Shown here: positions 18,261 through 28,800 of the stretch, piece after piece
Position numbering within the stretch: the stretch's first letter is position 1
Layout of the letters: every line of letters starts with the position of its first letter
Assembly: GCA_043816785.1 (NCBI GenBank)
Contig: JBDRHP010000068.1
Location: forward strand, 1-45,831
DNA from: Candidatus Margulisiibacteriota bacterium
Lineage (GTDB): Bacteria; Margulisbacteria; WOR-1; O2-12-FULL-45-9
Direction of reading: 5' to 3'
DNA: 45,831 bases
Program-made: the position numbers and the translations under genes
The notes under the pieces: model-generated
Seen by the model: the letters and a program-made list of their open reading frames with translations, nothing else
The model's database searches: none
Told to the model about the DNA's origin: nothing

Positions 18261-21200
18261 TTAATGCCCGTTATCCGGGTGCCGGTTATATCTTTGTTGC
18301 AGCTGGTTGTCATAATTTACCAGGGCCTGGTTATAATTGAATCGAAGCAGGATAAAATTTCTTCTGGTCCTGAAGTCATAGCTGGAATCTGACAGAAAAC
18401 ACATTTCCAGGGCTTGTCTGGCGCGATCATGTGAATTGCTGGCGCTGGCCCATTCCTGATAAAGCTCAGCCAGGAAGGAATACGGCCGCCAGGCCATAAC
18501 ACGCAAATTTTCTTCGCTTAAAGCGTTGATCTGTTCCTCGATCTGAGCAAATAGACTTCGCGCTTGTTCGACGTTCCTTATGTCAGGGTTTTGGGATTTA
18601 GCATAGATCTCGGCGATCTTTAACCGGGCATGGACTTGAAAATAGGCCTGGTAATTGCTGTCGAGTGATTCGGCTTTTCTAATTACCTCGTCCAGCAGGT
18701 CAAGGGCTTCTCTTTCTTGGTCAGCCGAAGCCAGGAGCAGAGCCCTAAGATAGGTTTGCTCAACATCCAGAAAACTGCTGTCAGGTATGGCGGATAATCG
18801 CAGGGCAGGATCAGTATTAAAAGGCACAAGATACCTGAATTCGCTGTCAATAAAATCAGCGGTGCGTACGCCGATCTCAGTCATTTTTATTCGTGAGACT
18901 GTATAGAGATATGAAAACTCCGGCGGCGTTTGCTGGTATAGATCATTGGCTTGGTTATAAAGACCGGCTGTTAGATCAAATAGGGCATTAGCTCCGGAGT
19001 TGATGTGTTCGGGAACAGTCTGGTTGGTCTCGAAATAGTAATAGATCAATTCTAACTGGTCAAAGAGCAACAACACGTCATTCTGATCAACTGCATCGCA
19101 AATGAGTTGAGAGTCGCGGGCAGTTTCTATTTCTAGAAAATGCCTTAAGCTTGTTGCCCGATCCTCAGTATACGGCCAGAAGGCATATTTTGCGCTGTCA
19201 GCCAGGAAGAGCAGCAGATCAGCCTTGACAATCCTGGCATGAGCAAGAAAATAATCATTATCTGTTTCAGCGGTTAATTCGAGCTCGTTAATAGCGTTAT
19301 TAACGGTAACGATCGTTGACAAGATATTACCAATGTTTATTTCACCGCCTTGTTGAGTCAGGAGTGAAGCCTGTTTAACTGTGGCAATAGCTTGTAAATA
19401 GGAGGTATTGTTTTGGGCTTGCTGGTATTGCTCGGGTGTAAGATAGCCCTGGGCCTGGTTAAAGAGCAGAGCCTGGTCAATATCGTTTGTGTTAAACGAT
19501 AATATCAAGCCATAATTCTGGTCATCAATCTCAATGCCATTATTGGCCAGGTTAGCGACCTGGCTGTAATACATGGAGGCCTGATCAAAATAATCTGTTT
19601 CCAGCCCAAGAGCTTGAGTGCTTTCATACAGGCGCAGGTTAAGGTCTGCGATGGTGATCAGGGCCTTGAGGATGAAATTATAGTCCGGCCGGGCGTAGTG
19701 GCGATCAATGTTCAACATCGTGTTGATCGAGCTGACTGCCAGGGCAATGCCCTCTTCATAAAAGCTGATATCCTGATTGTCGAGTTGGGCGCGCAGTTCC
19801 GCCTCAGTTAAAGCAAGCTGCGCAAGGTTATAATCCGCAGGCGGGAATCCGGCCAGCTCGGCATTAAATCTGACGTTGGTGTTACTGGTGTCAGTCAGGG
19901 AATTGATCTGGGCCCTGAGGTCTATGCAACAATCAATGGCTTGGTTCATGGTTTCTTGGCGGTTCTCGCTCTGGTTTGCCAGCTGGCTGTAGGCAGAGGC
20001 CAGCGTGATAGCATTATTCCAGTATTCATTCAGGTCGGAAAAATATGGGTAGAGAGTATATTCGCTGTTATTGTCAAACGCTGCAATATTTTGCAGATGG
20101 CCCAAATAAAGCCAGGTTTGGTTGCGAGCCACGCCTGATGTGGGAGGGTAAGGCGAGGTTAATATTGTTAACAAAGCTTCCAGGTCTGTTTGGTTTAATC
20201 GGTTGACAAGAGCATCCTGATTTAGCCGCGGCCTGCAAGATTGGTCGCGTTGCCCCAGCCGGGAATCAACTTCTAATAAACCAGTTGGCGCCACACCCAG
20301 GTCAATTGGGGCTGGTGCTGCAATGGTTGGCGCAGGCAAGGCCTGGAGCGTTGCAAACAGGGAATCGGCTTCCGGGTGGCTGTTAACCAGCATCAGGCCA
20401 AACCAGACCCAGTTTTGGTTATAATAATCCCTGGGGTTATTGCCCCAATAGCCGTCTGAATTCCAATTGCTTTCCAAGCGGGTGATAATGCTTTGGGCTG
20501 CCTCCGGCCTGTCCGCGTAGTATAAGAAGGGCAAATAAGCGCCGTACATGGCCAATTGTTCCTGATCAAGGCCGCGGGTCTGCTCAATGCGGTTGTTGAC
20601 CCGTACCTGGCTGCCGTCGTGATTAAAACCAGAGGGCAGGAGGCCATTGGGACCCAGACTGCCTTCGAGAAAACACAATGGGCCAACTTCGCAGTTGGTC
20701 AGGTACTGGTGGGCGCTTTCGTTTCTGAACCAGGCATAATCCTGGGTTGTGGCATAAAGCGCGCGAAATGCGTCCCAGCCAAAGATCTCGCCCGCGGATC
20801 CCGGAAAAACAGCGCTGTCAGTCAGGTTGCCTTCAAAATCCATTCTGATCCAGTTAGGCGGCAGGTTAACTCCGGTGTGGCTGTTCAGGGTCATCTGGCT
20901 GCTTTGGTTTAAGATGTTATAAGATGAGTCAGCCACCAGGTTCCAGGGGTGGCTTGGATCCATTTGAGTAAAGACATGACGGAAATAGGCTGGCCGAAAG
21001 TAACTGGGGTTAAACTCGCCAGCGCCGGAAAACTGGTCTCCAGCAAAGAAATAGTACTGGCCGGCAACCTCAACTACGTAGTTATCCCAGGCATCGCTTA
21101 AGATCGCTTGAGATTGTCTATAATATTCATTTTGTTCGCCTTCGCCGCTGCCCCAATTGCGCAGTGAAGCAAAATACAGGGCAACTGCGATCTCAATGTC

Positions 21201-21686
21201 ATCAGAGGCCGCGTTATAGCCGTTGCGGTCAATGTCACGGCTGCTGACCATGGGATAGGAAAGAATACCGCCTGAGCTTGTGCCGCTGTTTAAGCTAGGT
21301 ACGTATCGCCAGGCAAACAAATGATCTTGTATGTCAGGGGCAAGGGCATAAGAACCGCCAGGGGTTTGCAATTGCCAGGGATCGCGGGAGTGGTATGGCC
21401 GAGACCAGGTTTGGATATTTTGGCGCTGCATGTTTTGCTGTGCCCAACTCCAAACGCGGTTAAAAGTATCCTGGTCGTTCATCCACACGGCGCGCATCAG
21501 CACATAGGCAACTGTTTCAGAATATGTGACCTGTTCATCTGTATTGTTGTCCGCGTCCAAATCATGGCGGTCAGGTTCCGCCAGTGGCCGGCCGTCTTCA
21601 GTGATCATATTTTCCTTGTAGTAATTCCAGGAATCACTGAGATAGCCATTAATGGTTGTATTTCTTAATGGTTGTGGCCCTGACAT
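18261..21686 (-). CDS. Glycoside hydrolase family 8 (BcsZ-like endoglucanase) fused to a long alpha-helical TPR-like region
   Basis: GH8 motifs TYSETVAY (catalytic Glu), DQDTFNRVWSW, FAWRY, NAASDDIEIAVAL, FNPSY, LPPNW, GWDAFR, YYNQNW; Pro/Ala linker; about 650-aa helical C-terminus. Confidence 0.85.
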   Translation of the reverse strand: MSGPQPLRNTTINGYLSDSWNYYKENMITEDGRPLAEPDRHDLDADNNTDEQVTYSETVAYVLMRAVWMNDQDTFNRVWSWAQQNMQRQNIQTWSRPYHSRDPWQLQTPGGSYALAPDIQDHLFAWRYVPSLNSGTSSGGILSYPMVSSRDIDRNGYNAASDDIEIAVALYFASLRNWGSGEGEQNEYYRQSQAILSDAWDNYVVEVAGQYYFFAGDQFSGAGEFNPSYFRPAYFRHVFTQMDPSHPWNLVADSSYNILNQSSQMTLNSHTGVNLPPNWIRMDFEGNLTDSAVFPGSAGEIFGWDAFRALYATTQDYAWFRNESAHQYLTNCEVGPLCFLEGSLGPNGLLPSGFNHDGSQVRVNNRIEQTRGLDQEQLAMYGAYLPFLYYADRPEAAQSIITRLESNWNSDGYWGNNPRDYYNQNWVWFGLMLVNSHPEADSLFATLQALPAPTIAAPAPIDLGVAPTGLLEVDSRLGQRDQSCRPRLNQDALVNRLNQTDLEALLTILTSPYPPTSGVARNQTWLYLGHLQNIAAFDNNSEYTLYPYFSDLNEYWNNAITLASAYSQLANQSENRQETMNQAIDCCIDLRAQINSLTDTSNTNVRFNAELAGFPPADYNLAQLALTEAELRAQLDNQDISFYEEGIALAVSSINTMLNIDRHYARPDYNFILKALITIADLNLRLYESTQALGLETDYFDQASMYYSQVANLANNGIEIDDQNYGLILSFNTNDIDQALLFNQAQGYLTPEQYQQAQNNTSYLQAIATVKQASLLTQQGGEINIGNILSTIVTVNNAINELELTAETDNDYFLAHARIVKADLLLFLADSAKYAFWPYTEDRATSLRHFLEIETARDSQLICDAVDQNDVLLLFDQLELIYYYFETNQTVPEHINSGANALFDLTAGLYNQANDLYQQTPPEFSYLYTVSRIKMTEIGVRTADFIDSEFRYLVPFNTDPALRLSAIPDSSFLDVEQTYLRALLLASADQEREALDLLDEVIRKAESLDSNYQAYFQVHARLKIAEIYAKSQNPDIRNVEQARSLFAQIEEQINALSEENLRVMAWRPYSFLAELYQEWASASNSHDRARQALEMCFLSDSSYDFRTRRNFILLRFNYNQALVNYDNQLQQRYNRHPDNGH

Positions 21687-21689
21687 AAC

Positions 21690-22838
21690 TTATTCTCCTC
21701 CTGGCGTGTTTCGCAAAGTAAGGTCAAAAGTTTCAGTTGTGATGGTTATTTGCCTGAGAAGCGATTCCTGTTCCTCGTTAAGCTCGACATTCCTTAAGCC
21801 TTGCAGAACAATGTTCCAGAGCTCTGGGCTATCAATGGGCAGGCCATTTGGCTGGCCGAGCGATGCAATAAGGTCAGGACAACTGTTGATGCGTTCCCAG
21901 GGCAGTTCAGCGCGGAAGCGAGCTCTAGCCTGCTCCAAGTTTGGCGAGCTATCCAGGCTGGCCCACATGCTGTCGATTAAGGCTTCAAAACCAATGTCCA
22001 TAAAACCATCCGCCTCACCAGTTTCTTCCATGCGCAGGGTTTCATTTAAATAAGAGAAAGCAATGTTATATTCCCGTTGTCGTATGGAGATGCTGGCCAG
22101 ACTGATTGTTGCCTTGGCATCGAGATAGCGCAAGTCTTTACGATTCTCGTCCATATAATAGAGTGAGAGGCTGGATCTGTTGGCTTCATCCCTGGCCCAG
22201 CCGCGCACGCCCTCAAATAAAGGCCTGGCTTGGGCCAAATTGCCCTGATTAAGATAAACCAGCGCCATTTCCAGATTTGCCCGGTTACGGTAACCAGGAA
22301 CAGAATATTCGTGAACTTGTTGGGCCAGCCGGATGTCTTCACGGTTTAAATCGCTTAAGATTTGCTGATAGGTGGCAATGGCCTGACCATGCTCTTGATT
22401 GGCAAAGTGATTGGCTGCAACTTGAAACCTGACTTCCAGGTAATCCCGGACATATTCGCCGCTCTGATGAAACTGGAAGCCCTCGTCTGCGCCCACACTG
22501 GCAATGGCGAGATTGGCGTCTTCCAGGTAATAGTAGCGGTTTGCCGGGTCAATACTGGCCAGCTCAAGATTGAGTTGGGCGATCCTGATCCGGCCAAGAT
22601 TTAGATCTCTGCCATGCCACACGTAATCTCTGATATTTTGGATCTCTCTTTCAATTTGGCTCTTGCGCGCTAGCTGTTCTGGCGAGAGGTTGTTATTTGT
22701 CTGTCTTAACTGGGCTGTTGGGCTGGGTCGTTGTTGATTTTGTGCTTGATGGGTGGCAATCCGGTAGCCGCCGAGCGCTCCGAACATCATTGCGTAAAAA
22801 ACACTGTATCTAGCTATTTTTCCCAGTCTCATTTCCAT
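21690..22838 (-). CDS. Membrane-anchored TPR protein
   Basis: N-terminal hydrophobic helix YSVFYAMMFGALGGY; TPR-like repeats (VAANHFANQEHGQAIATYQQIL, MALVYLNQGNLAQARPLFE). The ORF track starts at 22847 (TTG); ATG at 22838, or at 22832 (ATGA overlap with the upstream stop), is more likely. Confidence 0.78.
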   Translation of the reverse strand: MEMRLGKIARYSVFYAMMFGALGGYRIATHQAQNQQRPSPTAQLRQTNNNLSPEQLARKSQIEREIQNIRDYVWHGRDLNLGRIRIAQLNLELASIDPANRYYYLEDANLAIASVGADEGFQFHQSGEYVRDYLEVRFQVAANHFANQEHGQAIATYQQILSDLNREDIRLAQQVHEYSVPGYRNRANLEMALVYLNQGNLAQARPLFEGVRGWARDEANRSSLSLYYMDENRKDLRYLDAKATISLASISIRQREYNIAFSYLNETLRMEETGEADGFMDIGFEALIDSMWASLDSSPNLEQARARFRAELPWERINSCPDLIASLGQPNGLPIDSPELWNIVLQGLRNVELNEEQESLLRQITITTETFDLTLRNTPGGE

Positions 22839-25800
22839 GCCCCCCAAAAGTTTAATTTTCTGCCTTGGCTGGTCATCTTGCCTCGCGGCACGGTTTTCAG
22901 ATCAATGCCTAATTCTTCAAGCAGGCGTTCTGAAAGCAGTACATAGTTCATGATCTTGTGCGGCGCGTCTTCAGCCACGATCTGCTGCAACATATCGATT
23001 GCCCGAGCTTGATCGCCGGCGCGAAAAGCATCATAGGCTTCAAAGAACCGGTTGCCGGTCTCGTCGGAAGCCACATTGATGTTCTCAACTGCCTGCAGGC
23101 GCTCTGCTCTAAAGGCTTCTGCTTTTGAGTCTTTTGATTCGGGATGGCTGATCTCATTACGTTCGATGTAGTTTAAGGCCCGGAGGTTGATGTACATGGC
23201 GTAGAGGGCCCAGATCTCGTTAAAGAGATAGTCCTTGGTAAAAGCGTGGCCTATATCTCCCAGGGCAATAGCGCCAGGCACGGTCATGGCCAGACCAAAA
23301 GCCACACTGGCGCCTTGGGCCACGATCATGTGCTCAAGATAGTTCTTGTTCTCTTCTGGTACGCTGGACTCGGTTTTCTGCTCAGCTGTGATAACAAAGT
23401 TGCCGTACTGCCAGCCTTTCCTGAACAGTTCAAGGATGCCGCGGTGCGACTGGAAAAAGAAAGCCTGGTTCATGCTCGGGCCTTCAATAAATGACCACCA
23501 GTATCTGTTGTGGCCAGTAGTTTCCTTGGTCCTGCCCAGTCCAGCGCGCATGTTGGAGTACATGCCTAAGCCAACCAGAAAATCAAGCGACCAGGAAAAC
23601 AGGAAATAAGGATCAACAATGTAAGGCTTAACCCGGCCGTTAGTGGCTAAAAAGACAATTGGCGAAGCCTGTCTGGCTAATTCCGCCTTGGGCCATTCAT
23701 ACCAGGCACGGAAAGCAAAATGTTCCAGCTTTTGTTTCCAGGTGCCGGCAAAGCGCTTGCCGCCTAATCTTTTTAGCATTTCGCGCCTTTCATATGGCAT
23801 GAGCACATCTTCACCAAGAGCTAAGGCTGTGTTGTATCTCTGGGCGTCCTGGCCATGGACTTGGCCGTAGGTGTTAGGCTGAGCTTCAAAAGCCGTGATC
23901 CTGAGATGATATTTTAACTGATAGCCAAGAGCCAGGGCCAGCGACAAAACCCCTTGTTCGTCTTCAGACACGCCCGACATCCAGCCTTTTTCACGGCAAT
24001 AAAGGGTTAGCTTGGCAAAATTTGGTTTATGGATTATTTTTTCAAAACCGCCGCTGCGGCCAAGTGCCATGGCATAAGCGATCAAGCCGCCCTTGGGCAC
24101 GCCCATCAGGACCTCGGCTAGTTCAAAAAGATGCTGGTGGTTGCCCACGAATTGGGTGCCGTTCTCAATTGGTTTACCGCTATTTTTATCGTTCTCGTCG
24201 AAATCGCGATCCTTGCCGGTTTGTAGTCCGCCGCTTCTGGCATCCCGATTTGGCGGAAAAGCTTCTGAAAAGAGCTCGTTAGTAATAGCGTAAAAATACT
24301 CATCACGAAACTGGGCTTGTTCTGAGGCTGGGAAGGTTTCGTCCTTATAAAAGACGCCTTGCTGGCGCTGGCCATGGACCACGCTGTGGTAGACGCCGTC
24401 AATTACTTCCGGCGGCCGGGTATGGAAAACATCAATTCTAATATCATCAACACTATTGAGGTCACTGACGCCATTTTGGGCCAGAGAGTTGCGGATTTGT
24501 TGTTCAACCTCATTTGAAACAGGGGCGGTTGCTAGATGAACAAAACTTATCGCGCCAGTCTCTTCATTGCGTTCTGCCTCTAGTGTGTAAGCCACGAATC
24601 TGTCCGTAGCCCTGTCATATTTGATGTAATAAGTGACTGGCGGCAGGTCTTTGGAAAGCGGCGCCTGGAAGTAACGGATTTTACCATTGACTTTTACTCC
24701 GACGGTAGCATTGTTCGCGGTTTCCTTATAAGTGATCGGCTTGGTCAAAGACATTGGCACCCATTTTTCATTCCCGTCCACTCTAACTTTGACTGCTGAG
24801 GTCGGTTTGGCAATCATTATTTTCGCAGGCGTGGTTGAGCTGAGATAATCAAAGAGCTGGGCAGTGCTGGCAGATCTTTCAACAGAAACTTTTTCAGCCC
24901 TGGTCAAGATCAGTTTTATTTTGCCATCAATTCTGACCAGGCGCGGCCGGTATTCTGCGGTGCCTTGATAATTGTTGTTGTTTCTTTGATAAAAAGAGTC
25001 TGCTGAACCCATCTGGCGGCTCTGGAGAAAACCCTGGCCATAATGGTCCACCAGGTCAGCTGCTTCCAGAGGGATATCTACGCGATTGCCTTCTTGATCA
25101 AAGAGTTCAAGTTGATAAGTTCCGTCAGCCTGGCTGACCCGGACTGTCAGGTCCTGTTTTTCCAGCAGCCACTTAAGCTGTTTGTAGCTTTCACTTTCTT
25201 CCACCAGGCCATTGCGCAGGGAATAGATGTATTCTGTCGTGTCTTTGGTCGGGGAGTTGCGCCGCAGTTTTGTGACTACTAGCTGGTCGCCCACTAGCTC
25301 AGCGTCAATGATCTTGCGCAGATCTTTTAATGATCGCAGACCTCTTGGTAAACGTTCCAGCGGCAGGACTGCTTCATTGCCAGAGGCGTCCCTAACCAAA
25401 ACCAGGCCGCCTCTTTTAACCTGTTGGGTGTGGCGAGCGTCCCTGACTGGTGACCAGGTGTGAGTATTTGGATCAATATAGATATTGCCTGATGTATTGA
25501 CCTCCAGCGCCTCAGCTTCATGTGCCATTTGGATGTTGGCCCAGCGCTTATCAAATGGGAAGGATTCACAATTGGTAGAGATTGTTTTAAAAATCAATCG
25601 CTTGCCATTGCTAGATGTTTTGATTGACCGGATAAAGTTTGGCCAGAACTGCAGTTTAGCCTCAGTATCAAAATCTAAACGGCTAAAGCGATAGCGATTA
25701 TACGACTCGCTGCCATAATTTTCGCCATAGTCTGCTATCAGCCAGGTGGCCATGCCAACGCGGTCAGTGAACATATCGAATTCAATGCGCGGAACTCCGT

Positions 25801-28800
25801 CAACGCCCTCGATCTCAGCTGGCGGGTGCATGTGATGCGGCCATTCGGTCTTTACTTCACCTAGCTTGCGGTTATCCTTTGAGTAAACCTCAATATAAGG
25901 CACGCCATCCCGATCCTTGATCAGGCCATAAGAAATATCCATCCAGGACCCTTTATTAGATTCTATATTAACGAACAGCATCCTGTTCTCAGGGTAGGGG
26001 ATATTGTATTCTTGTCCATCAGTGGTCCGGTATCTGATGCCGATAAATGAATCCTGTCGCCACCAACCAGCGGCTTGTTCGATTGGCCTTGCTGGATCCG
26101 GATTAGGGAAGGAGGCAGTCCATTCATCGTAGTTAACAACCCTGACGATCTTGTCTTTTTTGGCTGTAAGATTTATTTCCGCCTGAAGCACGCGTTCCGT
26201 GTTAATAACGATGTAGGCTTCATCACAAACATTGTAATTTTCGTTCGGTGCCAGGACTAGAACTTCGGGCCGGTCAATGAACCAGAGTGCCTCAGCACCA
26301 TGTTGAGCAACAAAAGCCTCATAATCATTGCCATAGTGAGCCTTAGCCCAAGCTTGGAACCTGGTCCTAAAGTTGGTTGGTGCTTCATGGCCTGGCAGCC
26401 AGACCAAATCGCTGGGCGCTACTGGATTGCCTTGCCAGTCGATCAAATGATTAGAAGGCAGCACTTCCTGATCACTAAAAAATCCCCTGACGATAAGATT
26501 ATGATGTCCGGTCCTAATGTTTATGTTTTCTTCCACCTGGCGGATATTGGCTGGTGTGTTGTCAACATATTGGAACTCATTGCTCATGGGCTGGGAGATG
26601 CCCAGGACCTCAAGAAATGTTTCTCGTCTGATCCAGAGGAAGCGCTTGTTTTCCGTCCGATCACCTGCGCGGTGGTTGTAGTTTGGGTTTTTTATCCTGA
26701 TATAAGTTGAGGGAACGTAATTTGGCTGGAAAACGTGACGGCCACCGCCTTGCGAAACCAGCCGCCAGACCTGATACAAGCTATCGCCCATGTGGGTTTC
26801 TGGCCAGGACAGGTTAGCTGTCTTGGTAAAGTAATTGTCATCTAATACGTCGAATTTCCTTTGAACATGATTGAACTCAACTGAAAATATGCCTAACATT
26901 TCTCTGACAAAAAATTCCAGGTCAGCGGGGGCTGCCGCGCCCTGCTTAGCCATTTCTTCAAAATCACGGGCCATTTCATAAAACCTAAAACCCCGTATCC
27001 GGACAGCTTCAAAAGTTGTGCGGACAAAAGATTCGTCATTGTCTAGCTTGAACCATTTTTCCGGACCAGGACGCTGGGCATCCTCTGCGAGCAGCCTTCT
27101 GAGCCGCGGCACAAAAGCTTGAGGATTGTCGAGCTTGGTATAGAGATCGCCCAATTGGTTAAGCAGCTGAGCTAGTTCCTGGGCAGCTTGATTTACTTGT
27201 TGGGGGTTGTTCTGGTCAACCTGCTGCAGTCTCTGATCGATCTGCTTAAACTGTTGATAGAGGCCATCGCGCCACTGCCGCATGTAGTCGTGGACCTCTC
27301 TGGCTGCTCTTAGTTGTTTGATCATCCCCAGGTTAGCAAAAGGCAAGCCCTCGCCGCAAAGCTCAACTTCCACGTGCGGGTATTCCATGATCAGCATGTT
27401 GACGATTTTAGAAAAATTTCGTTCAGCTTCCACTATATAGGCGATCATCCTGGCACAGAAATTATTAGTGCTGCGTAATTCCGCATCACTGAGCAAAGCA
27501 TCTCCAGGATTGAACATGGAGCGTTTCCAGTTGATAGCCGAGGTAATGGAGGCTTGTCCAGAGTGGACATCAGCAAAGATTGTCCAGTAACCAGTGAAGA
27601 CTGTGGCCAGATCAAAGAACAAAGCCATAGGATCAACGGCAAAAGGCAGGGTCAGGGCCAGCAGAGCGCCGTACTTGATTGCCAGGCCGGCTGCGAACTC
27701 GATTATCATCTTATCCATGGGATGGTAGTGCATACGGTCTGCTCTTTTATAAACAGCGCGCAGGGCATCTTTAACTTGATCAGGGCAGTTGTTCTGGCCA
27801 AGCTTATTTTCAGCAGCTTCGATGATCTTATTGATGTCATCTTTCGTTTTGCCTTTGAGGGAGATGACTTTTTCACCGTTGTTTATTTTTAGGGCAATGC
27901 TTTCATCCGAGCCTTTAGCGCCTGATATCTTTATGGTCATCTCCTGGTCAGTCCCCGGGCGCAGGGTTATGCTGCGCGAATTGAATCGATTAACCTGACG
28001 CTCGTACCAGTTGGCCACGCGTTCGGTTAATCTTTCTCTTCTCAAGCTGGGATATTCTTTTGCCAGCATAGGCAGGCCAAGCCGAACGCCTAAGCCGACT
28101 CCTGCGCCAACCAGGCCGAGAGTCGATAGGCCGGAACCGTGAAAAGCTGCCGCGCCTAAAGCAAAAGCAGCAAACAGCACGACCCTATAGGACATATAGT
28201 TGATGCCGGAAAATATTTTTAGATTTGACCAGGCCATGGTCTTGATGATCTGGCTCTTGGACAGAGGTCTTAAATAGCCCAAATTAGAAGAGAGTGCTCG
28301 AGAGGCATCTTTGACAGTCCAGGCAATGGTCCCAAGGAAGCCGGCGGTTAGACCAATCAGAGGCAGTGAGCCAAAATGTTTTTGCATGGCATCAATGAAC
28401 ATGAAACCACTGTTGTAGGTTACAAAACTGCCGTAGAGCATGCTGCCAGTCAGGGTAAAGGGCAGGAGCATGCTGCCAAACTTGAATATTTTACCAGCGC
28501 TAGAATGCGGATCCACCCGATTGAGAAGTACGGCGGACACCACGCTGTAAACAGTGCCGGCGCCTAAAAGATAAGAGGCTGGCACGCCTAAAATTGTTGC
28601 GCCAATAACCGCGGCAGAGCCCGCGCCAAGCATAAAAACAAGATCCAGACTGGCGCTGCCCTGTTCACTGCCGAGCAGGCGGGTGAAGGCGGTTTCTTGA
28701 GCCTGGAAAATACCAACTGAGAGATTTTCCAGTATTTCGCCTGTGCCTGGAAAAACTTCCTGCAATCCGTTAGACAAGGCGCTCATTCTAGCTGAGTTAA

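Noticed and set aside
24450..26800. Intein as the explanation for the synthase insertion
   Set aside because: No C/S start block, HN-C/S/T end or LAGLIDADG motif was recognised by eye; a Hint HMM search would settle it.
28600..28685. Flp/TadE prepilin-like motif RLLGSEQG-SASLD followed by a hydrophobic helix in the synthase
   Set aside because: It is internal (aa ~133), has Asp instead of Glu at +5 and there are no tad genes in the window; plausibly a chance feature preceding TM1.
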